Source: an uncultured Anaerolineaceae bacterium | GTDB taxonomy: Bacteria > Chloroflexota > Limnocylindria > Limnocylindrales > CSP1-4 | NCBI GenBank assembly: GCA_964629105.1 | Contig: CAZVPS010000003.1 | Coordinates: 1-35,683 of the forward strand | Reading direction: 5' to 3' | DNA length: 35,683 nt | Part shown: piece after piece, positions 17,999-25,601 of the stretch | Layout of the letters: every line of letters begins with the position of its first letter | How positions within the stretch are numbered: the stretch's first letter is position 1 | Position numbers and translations under genes: made by a program | The notes under the pieces: model-generated | Database searches by the model: none | What the model saw: the letters and a program-made list of their open reading frames with translations, nothing else | What the model was told of the DNA's origin: nothing

Positions 17999-18028
17999 GG
18001 GCCCGGCCGGGTGTGAGCGGCCGGGCCC
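17999..18028. terminator. GC-rich hairpin downstream of gdhA
   Basis: Perfect 11-bp stem GGGCCCGGCCG/CGGCCGGGCCC with an 8-nt loop, 22 bp past the gdhA stop. No clear U-tract. Confidence 0.5.
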
Positions 18029-18050
18029 CGGAGGAGGAACCGCGAACTCG

Positions 18051-19328
18051 TCAGGGGTAGAGGCCGCGCAGGACGGAGGCCTCAGCGACGCGCTGCACGG
18101 CGATGGCGTGCGCGGCCCGCCGCGGTTCGATCCCGTCGGCGTCCGCCCGCTCCCAGACGGCAGCCGCGGCCGCCAGGATCGCCTCGCGCAACCGGCCGTT
18201 GATGAGCTTCGGGGTCCAGAAGAGCGACTCACGGTTCTGGACCCACTCGAAGTAGGAGACGATGACCCCGCCCGCGTTGCACAGGATGTCGGGGATGACC
18301 ACGACGCCGTTGTCCTGGAGGATCGGGTCGGCGTCGGGGGTCGTCGGGCCGTTCGCGCCTTCCGCGAGGATGCGGGCGCGGACGTTCCCGGCGTTCGCGG
18401 CCGTGATCTGGCCCTCCATGGCGGCGAGGACCAGGACGTCCACGTCGAGCCCGAACAGGTGCTCGTTGTCGATGGGCTCCGTCCCGGGCGCCCCTGCCAG
18501 GGAGCCGCGCTCCTGCATGAACCGCCGGAGGAAGGGCACGTCCAGGCCTTCTTCGCGGTAGACGCCGCCGCCGATGTCAGTGACGGCGACGACGCGCGCC
18601 CGGGCCTGGTGGAGGAGCCGGGCGGTCGCCTCTCCGACGTTGCCGAAGCCCTGGACGGCGGCCGTCGCGCCGGCGAGCGGGAACCCGAGACGCCGCGCTG
18701 CCGCCTCCTCGATCGTGTAGACGACGCCTTGCCCGGTCGCGTCGGCGCGGCCCTGGGAGCCGCCGATGGCCACCGGCTTCCCGGTGACCACACCGGGCAC
18801 GCTGTAGCCGCGGTGCATGGAGATGGTGTCCATGATCCAGGCCATCGTCTGGGCGTTCGTGCCCACGTCCGGGGCCGGGATGTCGGAATCCGGCCCGATG
18901 AGCACCTCGAGCTCAGTCGCGAAACGGCGCGTCAGTGCCTCTAGCTCCCTGGGGCTCATGGTCCGCGGGTCGCAGGTCACGCCGCCCTTGGCCCCGCCGA
19001 AGGGGACGTTCACGAGGGCACATTTCCAGGTCATCCACATCGCGAGGGCGCGGACCTCGTCGAGGTCGGTGCAGGGGTGGTAGCGCAGCCCGCCCTTGGC
19101 CGGCCCGCGCGCGACGTTGTGCTGCACGCGGTAGCCCGTGAAGACCCGGACGCTGCCGTCGTCGAGCCGGACCGGGAAGCGCACGGTCAGCTCGCGCTGC
19201 GGCGCCCGCAGGATCTGCCGGATCCCGTCGTCGAGACCCAGGTGGTCCGCCGCGGCGTCGAACTGGGCGAGGGCGGCGGCGAGGGCTCCGGCGCCGGGGG
19301 CGGGCGCGCGGGTGAGCAGCTGGGTCAT
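18051..19328 (-). CDS. gdhA: Glu/Leu/Phe/Val dehydrogenase (glutamate dehydrogenase)
   Basis: Motifs RGPAKGGLRY, MTWKCAL...PFGGAKGG, DIPAPDVGT, VTGKP..IGGS.GR, QGFGNVG, EGANGP, NAGGV.VSYFEWVQN. 425 aa. Confidence 0.95.
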   Translation of the reverse strand: MTQLLTRAPAPGAGALAAALAQFDAAADHLGLDDGIRQILRAPQRELTVRFPVRLDDGSVRVFTGYRVQHNVARGPAKGGLRYHPCTDLDEVRALAMWMTWKCALVNVPFGGAKGGVTCDPRTMSPRELEALTRRFATELEVLIGPDSDIPAPDVGTNAQTMAWIMDTISMHRGYSVPGVVTGKPVAIGGSQGRADATGQGVVYTIEEAAARRLGFPLAGATAAVQGFGNVGEATARLLHQARARVVAVTDIGGGVYREEGLDVPFLRRFMQERGSLAGAPGTEPIDNEHLFGLDVDVLVLAAMEGQITAANAGNVRARILAEGANGPTTPDADPILQDNGVVVIPDILCNAGGVIVSYFEWVQNRESLFWTPKLINGRLREAILAAAAAVWERADADGIEPRRAAHAIAVQRVAEASVLRGLYP

Positions 19329-19420
19329 CGATGGCTCCGGTCGGCTGGGCGGGGCCGGCCCGTGCCGGCGCAGTCCGCCCGAGAGCAGGGTCGCGCGCCC
19401 GCACGAACATGCCGATGGAC

Positions 19421-19476
19421 GCACATGAACGCCCCGTGAATATCCGGGCGGCGACATTCACGCGCCGTTCATGCGC
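19421..19476. promoter_or_regulatory. Imperfect 24-bp inverted repeat, each arm made of an 11-bp-spaced TGAA direct repeat (putative response-regulator sites)
   Basis: GCACATGAACGCCCCGTGAATATC-N8-GACATTCACGCGCCGTTCATGCGC. The arms match at 20/24 positions. Lies in the divergent gdhA intergenic region. Confidence 0.65.
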
Positions 19477-19592
19477 GTTCCCCGCCCGGTTCAGGTCCGC
19501 CGTCGACCATGCAGGGCGTGGCGTTCCGCCAGCACCGAGGGACGCGCCCGCCGGACGCCAACGCGGGCGCGTCCCGCCAGTCGAGGACCGAG

Positions 19593-19826
19593 ATGCCGAC
19601 GCAACCGACCTTCACCTGCGCCACCTGCGACGACGCGATCGCGGGCCGGCCGACCTTCCACCTCGGCCTCGCGTTCTGCTGCGCGGGCTGCGCCGCCGAC
19701 GGCCCGTGCATGTGCACCTACGACCACGAGGAACTTCATGACAGCCCCAGTGCCGCCGTTGTCGTCGACTTCGAGCTCCTCGCGGTGGCCGATGACGAGC
19801 GAAGCCCGGTGGGCGCTCGCGGTTGA
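19593..19826 (+). CDS. Small Cys-rich metal-binding protein (metallothionein/TRASH-like)
   Basis: 77 aa with CATC-x16-CCAGC-x5-CMC and a His/acidic tail. GAGGA SD before ATG 19593. Confidence 0.7.
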   Translation: MPTQPTFTCATCDDAIAGRPTFHLGLAFCCAGCAADGPCMCTYDHEELHDSPSAAVVVDFELLAVADDERSPVGARG

Positions 19827-20181
19827 GGCTGGCCATCTCGCTGCCGACCTGCGGCAGCCGGCGGATGCCCCCGTCACGCTCCCCCTTCGCCGTTCCGAGG
19901 CGGCAGCGCGGCTCGCGCTGATCCGGGCGATCCTCGACGGTGGGGAACTCGTCGACCACTGCGATCGGGCGGCCATCGGCCGTCGCGTGACCCTTCGGGA
20001 GGCGGACGGCGAGACGGTGACGTACGCCCTCGTGATCCCCGGCGACGGCGATCCCGGTCACGGCTGGCTGGCCATCGACACGCCGCTGGGGGCGGCGATC
20101 CTCGGCCGTCGCCCCGGAGACCGGGTGGGCGTCGCGGCCCCGGCGGGCGAACGCACCGTGGCCGTCGTGGGCGTGGCCTGA
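19738..20181 (+). CDS. GreA/GreB-family protein with a shortened N-terminal coiled coil (Rnk-like)
   Basis: C-domain AAIGRRVTLRE..GE..TYALV.PGDGDP..GWLAIDTPLGAAILGRRPGD.V.V.APAG. Lacks the GDLSENAEY acidic tip. Start is ATG 19738 (GAGGA SD) or 19792. Confidence 0.8.
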   Translation: MTAPVPPLSSTSSSSRWPMTSEARWALAVEAGHLAADLRQPADAPVTLPLRRSEAAARLALIRAILDGGELVDHCDRAAIGRRVTLREADGETVTYALVIPGDGDPGHGWLAIDTPLGAAILGRRPGDRVGVAAPAGERTVAVVGVA

Positions 20182-20214
20182 CCCGTGGCCGGACCCCCAG
20201 CGTATGCTCCCGTC

Positions 20215-21228
20215 GTGAAGTACGGCGCCGATCTCCCCGCGTCGGACGGACCCGGGCCGTCGCCGCTCGTCGGCTCGGCGCTGGCCCTCGTCGGCGAGGG
20301 CGCGACGCCGGCGGACCTCGTGGAACGGTTCGCCGCCGCCGGGGCCCACCTCGGCGAGGCGCGGGCCGTCGCCCTCCTGGCGGACCTGGCCGGATTGGGC
20401 CTCGTCCGCGTGGCGCGGCACAAGGGCGACGGCCGGGTCCACGTGCTCACCACTCTGGGGCGCCAGGTCCGCGATGCCGGCGTCGGCGCGAACGCGGAGA
20501 TCAACCTCCACCTCGCGGAGCTGGAGCGGCTGCGGACGGACCTGCTCTCCACGATCGCCCACGAGCTTCGGACCCCCCTCACCGCCGTGCGGACGTGCGT
20601 GGGCGTCCTCCGCGATCCCGAAACGACGCCGACGGCGGCGGAGCAGGATGCGCTCCTCGCCACGATCGAGCGGAACGCCGACCGGATGCAGCGCGTAGTC
20701 GGGGACATCCTCGAGATCGCCCGCTTTCGGACCGGCGGGGTGGTCCTCCAGCTGCGTCGCTTCGACGCGTCGGCGATGGCCCGCGGGGCCGTCGCCTCGC
20801 TGGCGCCCCTCGCGGCCCAGCGCGACCAGGCGATCGAGCTCGACGTGCCGGGCGCGCCGGTCCGGGTCTTCGGCGATCACCGCCGCCTGGAGCAGGCCGT
20901 CGTCAACCTCATCTCCAACGCCGTCAAGTACGGACCGCAGGGCGGCACGATCACGGTCCGCGTTCGTCCCGTGGGAAGCTCGGTCACCTGGGCGGTGACC
21001 GACCAGGGGCCCGGGATCCCGATCAACGAGCAGCCGCACCTGTTCGAGCGCTTCTTCGTCGGCCAGAACGACCGCAAGGGCGCCGGGGGCGGGGTCGGGC
21101 TGGGGCTGCCGACCGCCCTCGCGATCGCCCAGGCGCACGGCGGCGGAATCGATGTGACGAGCGTGCCGGGCTACGGCAGCGTTTTCAGCGTCGTGGTGCC
21201 CGCCGAGGGGCCGTCGGACGTGGAGTGA
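20215..21228 (+). CDS. Soluble sensor histidine kinase with an N-terminal winged-helix-like domain
   Basis: H-box IAHELRTPLT, N-box NLISNAVKY, G1 DQGPGI, F-box LFERFF, G2 GVGLGL. No TM segment. GTG 20215 lies 6 nt after TATGCT. Confidence 0.9.
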   Translation: MKYGADLPASDGPGPSPLVGSALALVGEGATPADLVERFAAAGAHLGEARAVALLADLAGLGLVRVARHKGDGRVHVLTTLGRQVRDAGVGANAEINLHLAELERLRTDLLSTIAHELRTPLTAVRTCVGVLRDPETTPTAAEQDALLATIERNADRMQRVVGDILEIARFRTGGVVLQLRRFDASAMARGAVASLAPLAAQRDQAIELDVPGAPVRVFGDHRRLEQAVVNLISNAVKYGPQGGTITVRVRPVGSSVTWAVTDQGPGIPINEQPHLFERFFVGQNDRKGAGGGVGLGLPTALAIAQAHGGGIDVTSVPGYGSVFSVVVPAEGPSDVE

Positions 21229-21923
21229 TGCGGATCCTGGTGGTGGACGACGCGCCGGACGTCGTGGAGTCGGTGCGCCTGGGGTTCACGCTCCAATGGC
21301 GCGACGTCGAGGTCCTGGGCGCCGGCACAGGCGAGCAGGCGCTCGACATCGTCGAGAGGGAGCGGCCTGACATCGTGCTCCTCGACGTGGGGCTGCCCGA
21401 CGTGGACGGCTTCGGGGTGCTCCGCGAGATCCGCCTCTTCTCCGACGTCCCCGTGGTGATGCTGACGGCACGCGACGACGCGATGGACAAGGTCAAGGGC
21501 CTGGAGCTGGGCGCCGACGACTACGTGACGAAGCCGTTCAACCACCTGGAGCTGATGGCCCGCGTGCGGGCGGTCCTGCGCCGCCACGAGATGCCGCCCC
21601 CGACCAGCCGCGCGCCGTCCTTCCGGGCCCTGGATCTCGAGGTCGACTTCGCCGCCCACGAGGTGCGGCTCTGCGGCGAGCGGCTCGACCTGACGCCCAC
21701 CGAGTACAAGCTCCTGTACCACCTCGTGCGGAACTCCGGGCACGTCCTCCAGCACGGGACCCTGCTGGCCAAGGTCTGGGGCCGCGAGTACCTCGACGAG
21801 GTCGACTACCTGCGCGTCTACGTCCGCCGTCTCCGCGACAAGCTCGGTGACGACCCCGACCATCCGCGGTACATCCGGACGGAGCGCGGGCTTGGCTACC
21901 GTTTCATCGCGGCCCGCGGCTGA
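21228..21923 (+). CDS. OmpR/PhoB-family response regulator (KdpE-like)
   Basis: Motifs ILVVDD, LLDVGLPDVDG, MLTA, GADDYVTKPF, LTPTEYKLL, LRVYVRRLRDKL, TERGLGYRF. TGATG overlap with the kinase. Confidence 0.95.
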   Translation: MRILVVDDAPDVVESVRLGFTLQWRDVEVLGAGTGEQALDIVERERPDIVLLDVGLPDVDGFGVLREIRLFSDVPVVMLTARDDAMDKVKGLELGADDYVTKPFNHLELMARVRAVLRRHEMPPPTSRAPSFRALDLEVDFAAHEVRLCGERLDLTPTEYKLLYHLVRNSGHVLQHGTLLAKVWGREYLDEVDYLRVYVRRLRDKLGDDPDHPRYIRTERGLGYRFIAARG

Positions 21924-22024
21924 TCGGCCCTGCACCCGCGCGCGATCCCGGCCGGACACCTCCCGCATCCGCGTCCGAGCCCGCTCGGGCAAGATGGTAA
22001 ATCCCGTACCGCGCTACTGTACGA

Positions 22025-22807
22025 ATGATGGAACGCAGCTCCCCCGCCCGGGCGGCACCGGCACGCACCCTCTGGTTCCCGCACCAGCACGGCGCCTGGG
22101 CGATGCTCGCCGTGCCGCTCCTCCTGGGCATCGCGGCCTCGGCCCCGTCGCCCTGGCATCTCGTCCTCGCCGGGGCGGCGGTCACGGGCTATCTCGCCGC
22201 CGCCACTGCCCAGGCGTGGCTGCGGGCGCGTCGGCGCCCGTCGTTCGTCCCCTCCCTCGCCCTCTACGGCGGCGTCTTCGCCGCGACCGGTGCGCTCCTG
22301 GTCCTGGCCTTCCCGTCCCTGCTGCTCGCCGCCGTCGTCGTCGTCCCGGCCGGCGCCCTGATCGTCGGCGGGGCGCGCCCGGGCACGCCGCGGGACCTGG
22401 TCACCAGCCTGGCCCAAGCCGCGATCGCCCTCGTGCTGGCACCGGCGGCCGCGCAGGTCTCGGGAGCGTGGGAGACGGACGCCGTGCTGCGGGCCACGCT
22501 CGTGGCCGCGGCCTATCTCGGGGGAACCATCCTGGTGGTCCGCTCGGTCATCCGGGAGCGCGGGAACCGCGGCTTCACGGCCCTCTCGGCGGCGTTCCAC
22601 GCCGCCCTCGTCGTGCTCGCGGCGGCCTTCCTCCCCTGGCCGTACGCGGCCTGCGCGGCGGGCCTCACCGCGCGCGCGATCGCCCTGCCGCTCGTCGAGC
22701 GCCGGCGGGCCGGGACCGCGCGCCCGCTCCGGCCGATCCACGTCGGCATCGTCGAGATCGTCGCCTCGACGATCCTGGTGGTCCTCGCCTTCGCGATCCC
22801 GCTGTAA
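22025..22807 (+). CDS. YwiC-like family membrane protein
   Basis: N-terminal P.QHGAWAML..P motif, about 8 hydrophobic helices, V..VRSVIRER and VGIVE motifs. The start may be ATG 22028. Confidence 0.8.
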   Translation: MMERSSPARAAPARTLWFPHQHGAWAMLAVPLLLGIAASAPSPWHLVLAGAAVTGYLAAATAQAWLRARRRPSFVPSLALYGGVFAATGALLVLAFPSLLLAAVVVVPAGALIVGGARPGTPRDLVTSLAQAAIALVLAPAAAQVSGAWETDAVLRATLVAAAYLGGTILVVRSVIRERGNRGFTALSAAFHAALVVLAAAFLPWPYAACAAGLTARAIALPLVERRRAGTARPLRPIHVGIVEIVASTILVVLAFAIPL

Positions 22808-23025
22808 AGCCGGAGCCGGCGGGAGCGCCGGGGTCGCCCGCCGCGCGCCGCGACCGAGTGGGAGCCCGCCCGCGCGCGGCCTCCGAACCACGCCGCGAAC
22901 CCTTGCGACCCGGTGCTACGATCCGCCCGACCCCGAGCCGGCACCTCGTACGGGGCCCGTCCGCGCCGCCTCGGCGGCCGTGATGCAAGGGCCCGCGATG
23001 ACCCGACCGGGAGGAGGAGAAGCGC

Positions 23026-24132
23026 ATGGCCACCGTCGCGTTCGACCATGTCACCAAGAAGTACGGCGAGGTGACGGCCGTCGACGACCTGAGCCTCTCC
23101 ATCGAGGACGGGGAGTTCATGGTCTTGGTGGGCCCATCGGGCTGTGGCAAGACCACCGGTCTGCGGATGATCGCCGGCCTCGAGGACATCACCGAGGGCA
23201 CGATCTCGATCGGCGACCGGGTCGTCAACGACATCGCGCCCAAGGATCGCGACATCGCGATGGTCTTCCAGAGCTACGCGCTCTATCCCCACATGAACGT
23301 GTACGACAACCTCGCCTTCGGCCTCAAGCTCCGCAAGGTCGAGAAGAAGGAGATCGACCGGCGGGTCAAGGCGGCGGCCGAGACGATCCAGCTCACGGCG
23401 CTTCTCCAGCGCAAGCCGAAGGAGCTCTCCGGCGGCCAGCGCCAGCGCGTCGCCCTGGGCCGGGCAATCGTCCGGGAGCCCGCCGTCTTCCTGATGGACG
23501 AGCCGCTCTCGAACCTCGACGCGAAGCTGCGCGTCCAGACGCGCGCCGAGATCGCCCGGCTCCACAAGCGTCTCAAGACGACGATCGTCTACGTCACTCA
23601 CGACCAGGTCGAGGCGATGACGATGGGCCAGCGGATCGCCGTCATGAGCCAGGCGAAGCTCCAGCAGGTCGGCACGCCCCAGGCGCTCTACGACCATCCG
23701 AACAACAAGTTCGTGGCGGGCTTCATCGGCAGCCCGGCCATGAACTTCCTCCCGGTCGAGCTGACGGGGACCGGCGAATCCGCGGTGCTGCGCGGCGAGG
23801 GCGTGCAGGTCCCGCTCCCCGTGCCCTTCCGCGAGGCGGTCGGCGCCGTCTCCGGCAGGCGGTTCACCGTCGGGATCAGGCCCGAGCACCTCGACGTCGC
23901 CCCCACCGGCGGGACCAGCGCGACCGTTGAGGCCCGGGCCGACGTCGTCGAGTACCTCGGCAACGAGGAGCTCCTCCACATCGGGATCGCCGGGGCCGAC
24001 ATCGTGGCCATCGTCTCGGCGGACCGCCGCGTCCGCCCGGACGACGTGGTCACGGTCCACATCCCACTCGACAAGATGCACCTGTTCGACGCCGAGTCGG
24101 AGCTGAGCCTGCGGCGCACCGCAGCGAGCTGA
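23026..24132 (+). CDS. MalK/UgpC/MsmX-type sugar ABC transporter ATPase with TOBE domain
   Basis: Motifs GPSGCGKTT, MVFQSYALYPHM, LSGGQRQRVA, DEPLSNLDAKLR, GFIGSPAMN, GIRPEH. GGAGGAG SD, and TGCTACGAT extended -10 at 22914-22922. Confidence 0.95.
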   Translation: MATVAFDHVTKKYGEVTAVDDLSLSIEDGEFMVLVGPSGCGKTTGLRMIAGLEDITEGTISIGDRVVNDIAPKDRDIAMVFQSYALYPHMNVYDNLAFGLKLRKVEKKEIDRRVKAAAETIQLTALLQRKPKELSGGQRQRVALGRAIVREPAVFLMDEPLSNLDAKLRVQTRAEIARLHKRLKTTIVYVTHDQVEAMTMGQRIAVMSQAKLQQVGTPQALYDHPNNKFVAGFIGSPAMNFLPVELTGTGESAVLRGEGVQVPLPVPFREAVGAVSGRRFTVGIRPEHLDVAPTGGTSATVEARADVVEYLGNEELLHIGIAGADIVAIVSADRRVRPDDVVTVHIPLDKMHLFDAESELSLRRTAAS

Positions 24133-24211
24133 GGCGTCGGGCGGCAGAGGGCGTCGGGCGGCAGCTGCCGCCCTGCCGTCGCGTCCGGGGGCGCTTTTGC
24201 GTCCGGGGGCG
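24133..24211. repeat. Paired short direct repeats and an 18-bp palindrome between the ATPase and NUDIX genes
   Basis: GGCGTCGGGCGGCAG x2 (24133, 24150), palindrome GGGCGGCAGCTGCCGCCC (24156-24173), GCGTCCGGGGGCG x2 (24181, 24199). Confidence 0.7.
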
Positions 24212-24225
24212 ACGATAATCGGGCC

Positions 24226-24849
24226 ATGTCCGACGCCGATCCCCTCGTCGATCCCCTGGCGCCTCCCCTCGCCGAGCGCCTCGTCGCGTCCGAGCTCCTC
24301 CACCGGGGCCACGTGCTCGAGTTCCGGGTGGACACGGTGGAGCGGGCCGACGGGCGGCGGGCGCGACGGGACGTGGCCGTTCATCCGGGCGCCGTGGCGA
24401 TCGTGGCGGTCGATCCCGAGGACCGGGTCCTCCTCGTGCGCCAGTACCGCCACCCTGCCGGACGGGCCCTCCTCGAGATCCCGGCCGGGACCCTGGACCG
24501 CGACCCGGCCTCAGGCGCGACCGAGGATCCCGACGTGGCCGCCCGCCGCGAGCTGGAAGAGGAGACGGGGTACCGTGCCGGGCACTGGGAGCGGCTGACG
24601 GACTTCTGGACTGCGCCCGGCTTTGCCACCGAGCGGATGTTCCTCTACCTCGCCACGGACCTCACGCTCGCCGGGCCGGACCGCCTCGATCCCGACGAGG
24701 ACGAGGTGCTGGAGCTGGTCCGCCTCCCCTGGCGCGACGCCGTCGCGGCCGCCGAGCGCGGCGAGATCGGCGACGCGAAATCGCTCGTCGGGATCCTCTG
24801 GCTGGCGCGACGGATGGAGGCCGAGCGGGAGGCGGCGCCGCCGGGCTGA
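24226..24849 (+). CDS. NUDIX hydrolase (ADP-ribose pyrophosphatase/NudF-like)
   Basis: Motifs HPGAV, RQYR, EIPAG...E.P..AARRELEEETG (Nudix box with an insertion), APGF and DAKS. Confidence 0.92.
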   Translation: MSDADPLVDPLAPPLAERLVASELLHRGHVLEFRVDTVERADGRRARRDVAVHPGAVAIVAVDPEDRVLLVRQYRHPAGRALLEIPAGTLDRDPASGATEDPDVAARRELEEETGYRAGHWERLTDFWTAPGFATERMFLYLATDLTLAGPDRLDPDEDEVLELVRLPWRDAVAAAERGEIGDAKSLVGILWLARRMEAEREAAPPG

Positions 24850-25019
24850 TCGGCCTGCTGCCCGGGTGCCACGCGCCCCCACGCGCCCCATCCTCGTGCA
24901 CGGAATCCGCGGCGAGCGTGCTGGGCTTGACGCCGACGCTGACTTCTTCGGCGCACTGCGGTCTCAAGCGCAGCGTGCTCGGCCCGGATTCCTTGCGTGG
25001 CCCGGGCCGAGCAGGCCGA
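24850..25019 (+). other. Rod-like imperfect palindrome, element B (candidate ncRNA or REP-like element)
   Basis: Nested stems TCGGCCTGCT/AGCAGGCCGA, GCCACGC/GCGTGGC, GGAATCCG/CGGATTCC, GAGCGTGCTG/CAGCGTGCTC (tandem G-U) and GCTTGA/TCAAGC. Confidence 0.6.
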
Positions 25020-25057
25020 CGACGCCCCGGTGGCCGGGCCGCGCGGCCGCGGGCTGG

Positions 25058-25522
25058 CTACTCCCCGGCGAGGCGCCGCAGCGCGCCCCGGTAGAGCGGG
25101 CTCTCGGGCGCCAGCGCCGCCGCGAGACGGAGGTGCGTCCTCCCTTCGGCCGCGCGGCCCGTCCGGATGAAGGTCCGGCCGAGCGCGTAGTGGCCGTAGT
25201 GCGAGGATGGGTCCACCGTCAGGAGTGCCTCGAAGGCCTCGGTCGCGCGCTCCAGCTGCCCGGTCATGAAGCAGGCCCTCCCGAGGGGCTCCAGGATCGA
25301 GCCGCGGCCTGGCTCCAGGCGAGCAGCCCGAGCGAGGACAATCGCAGCCTGCGCGTGATGCCGCCGCGCAAGCAGGGCCTGGCCCCGCTGCAGCAGCTCG
25401 TAGGCGCTCTCGGGCTGGCCGGGCCCAAGGGCCACGTCGGGCTCTCCCGGGACCGGGCCCGCAGACTCGCCCGGCCCGGGGCCTGGGGCCGCCGTGTCGC
25501 CGCCGCGTTTCTCCTCGTCCAT
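25058..25522 (-). CDS. Tetratricopeptide repeat protein
   Basis: TPR pattern AYELLQRG..LL...A...L.RA..LEP, LGRA.F..G...A..AF..LL..DP, YGHYALG. 154 aa. Confidence 0.85.
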   Translation of the reverse strand: MDEEKRGGDTAAPGPGPGESAGPVPGEPDVALGPGQPESAYELLQRGQALLARRHHAQAAIVLARAARLEPGRGSILEPLGRACFMTGQLERATEAFEALLTVDPSSHYGHYALGRTFIRTGRAAEGRTHLRLAAALAPESPLYRGALRRLAGE

Positions 25523-25601
25523 GCGCCGATCCTCCCACGGATCGGCGTGCGCGTCAGGCGAACGCCCCCGGCACGGCGGCGGCCACGAGCCGCCCTGCGC
25601 G

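Noticed and set aside
16500-18050. Genomic island integrated at tRNA-His
   Set aside because: I found no duplicate of the tRNA 3' end (att site) and no integrase in the window, so an island cannot be supported.
21991-22012. Rrf2/NsrR-like operator (AAGATGGTAAATCCCGTACC) upstream of the YwiC-like gene
   Set aside because: Only a 4-bp GGTA/TACC symmetry and a half-site resemblance. No Rrf2 gene in the window.
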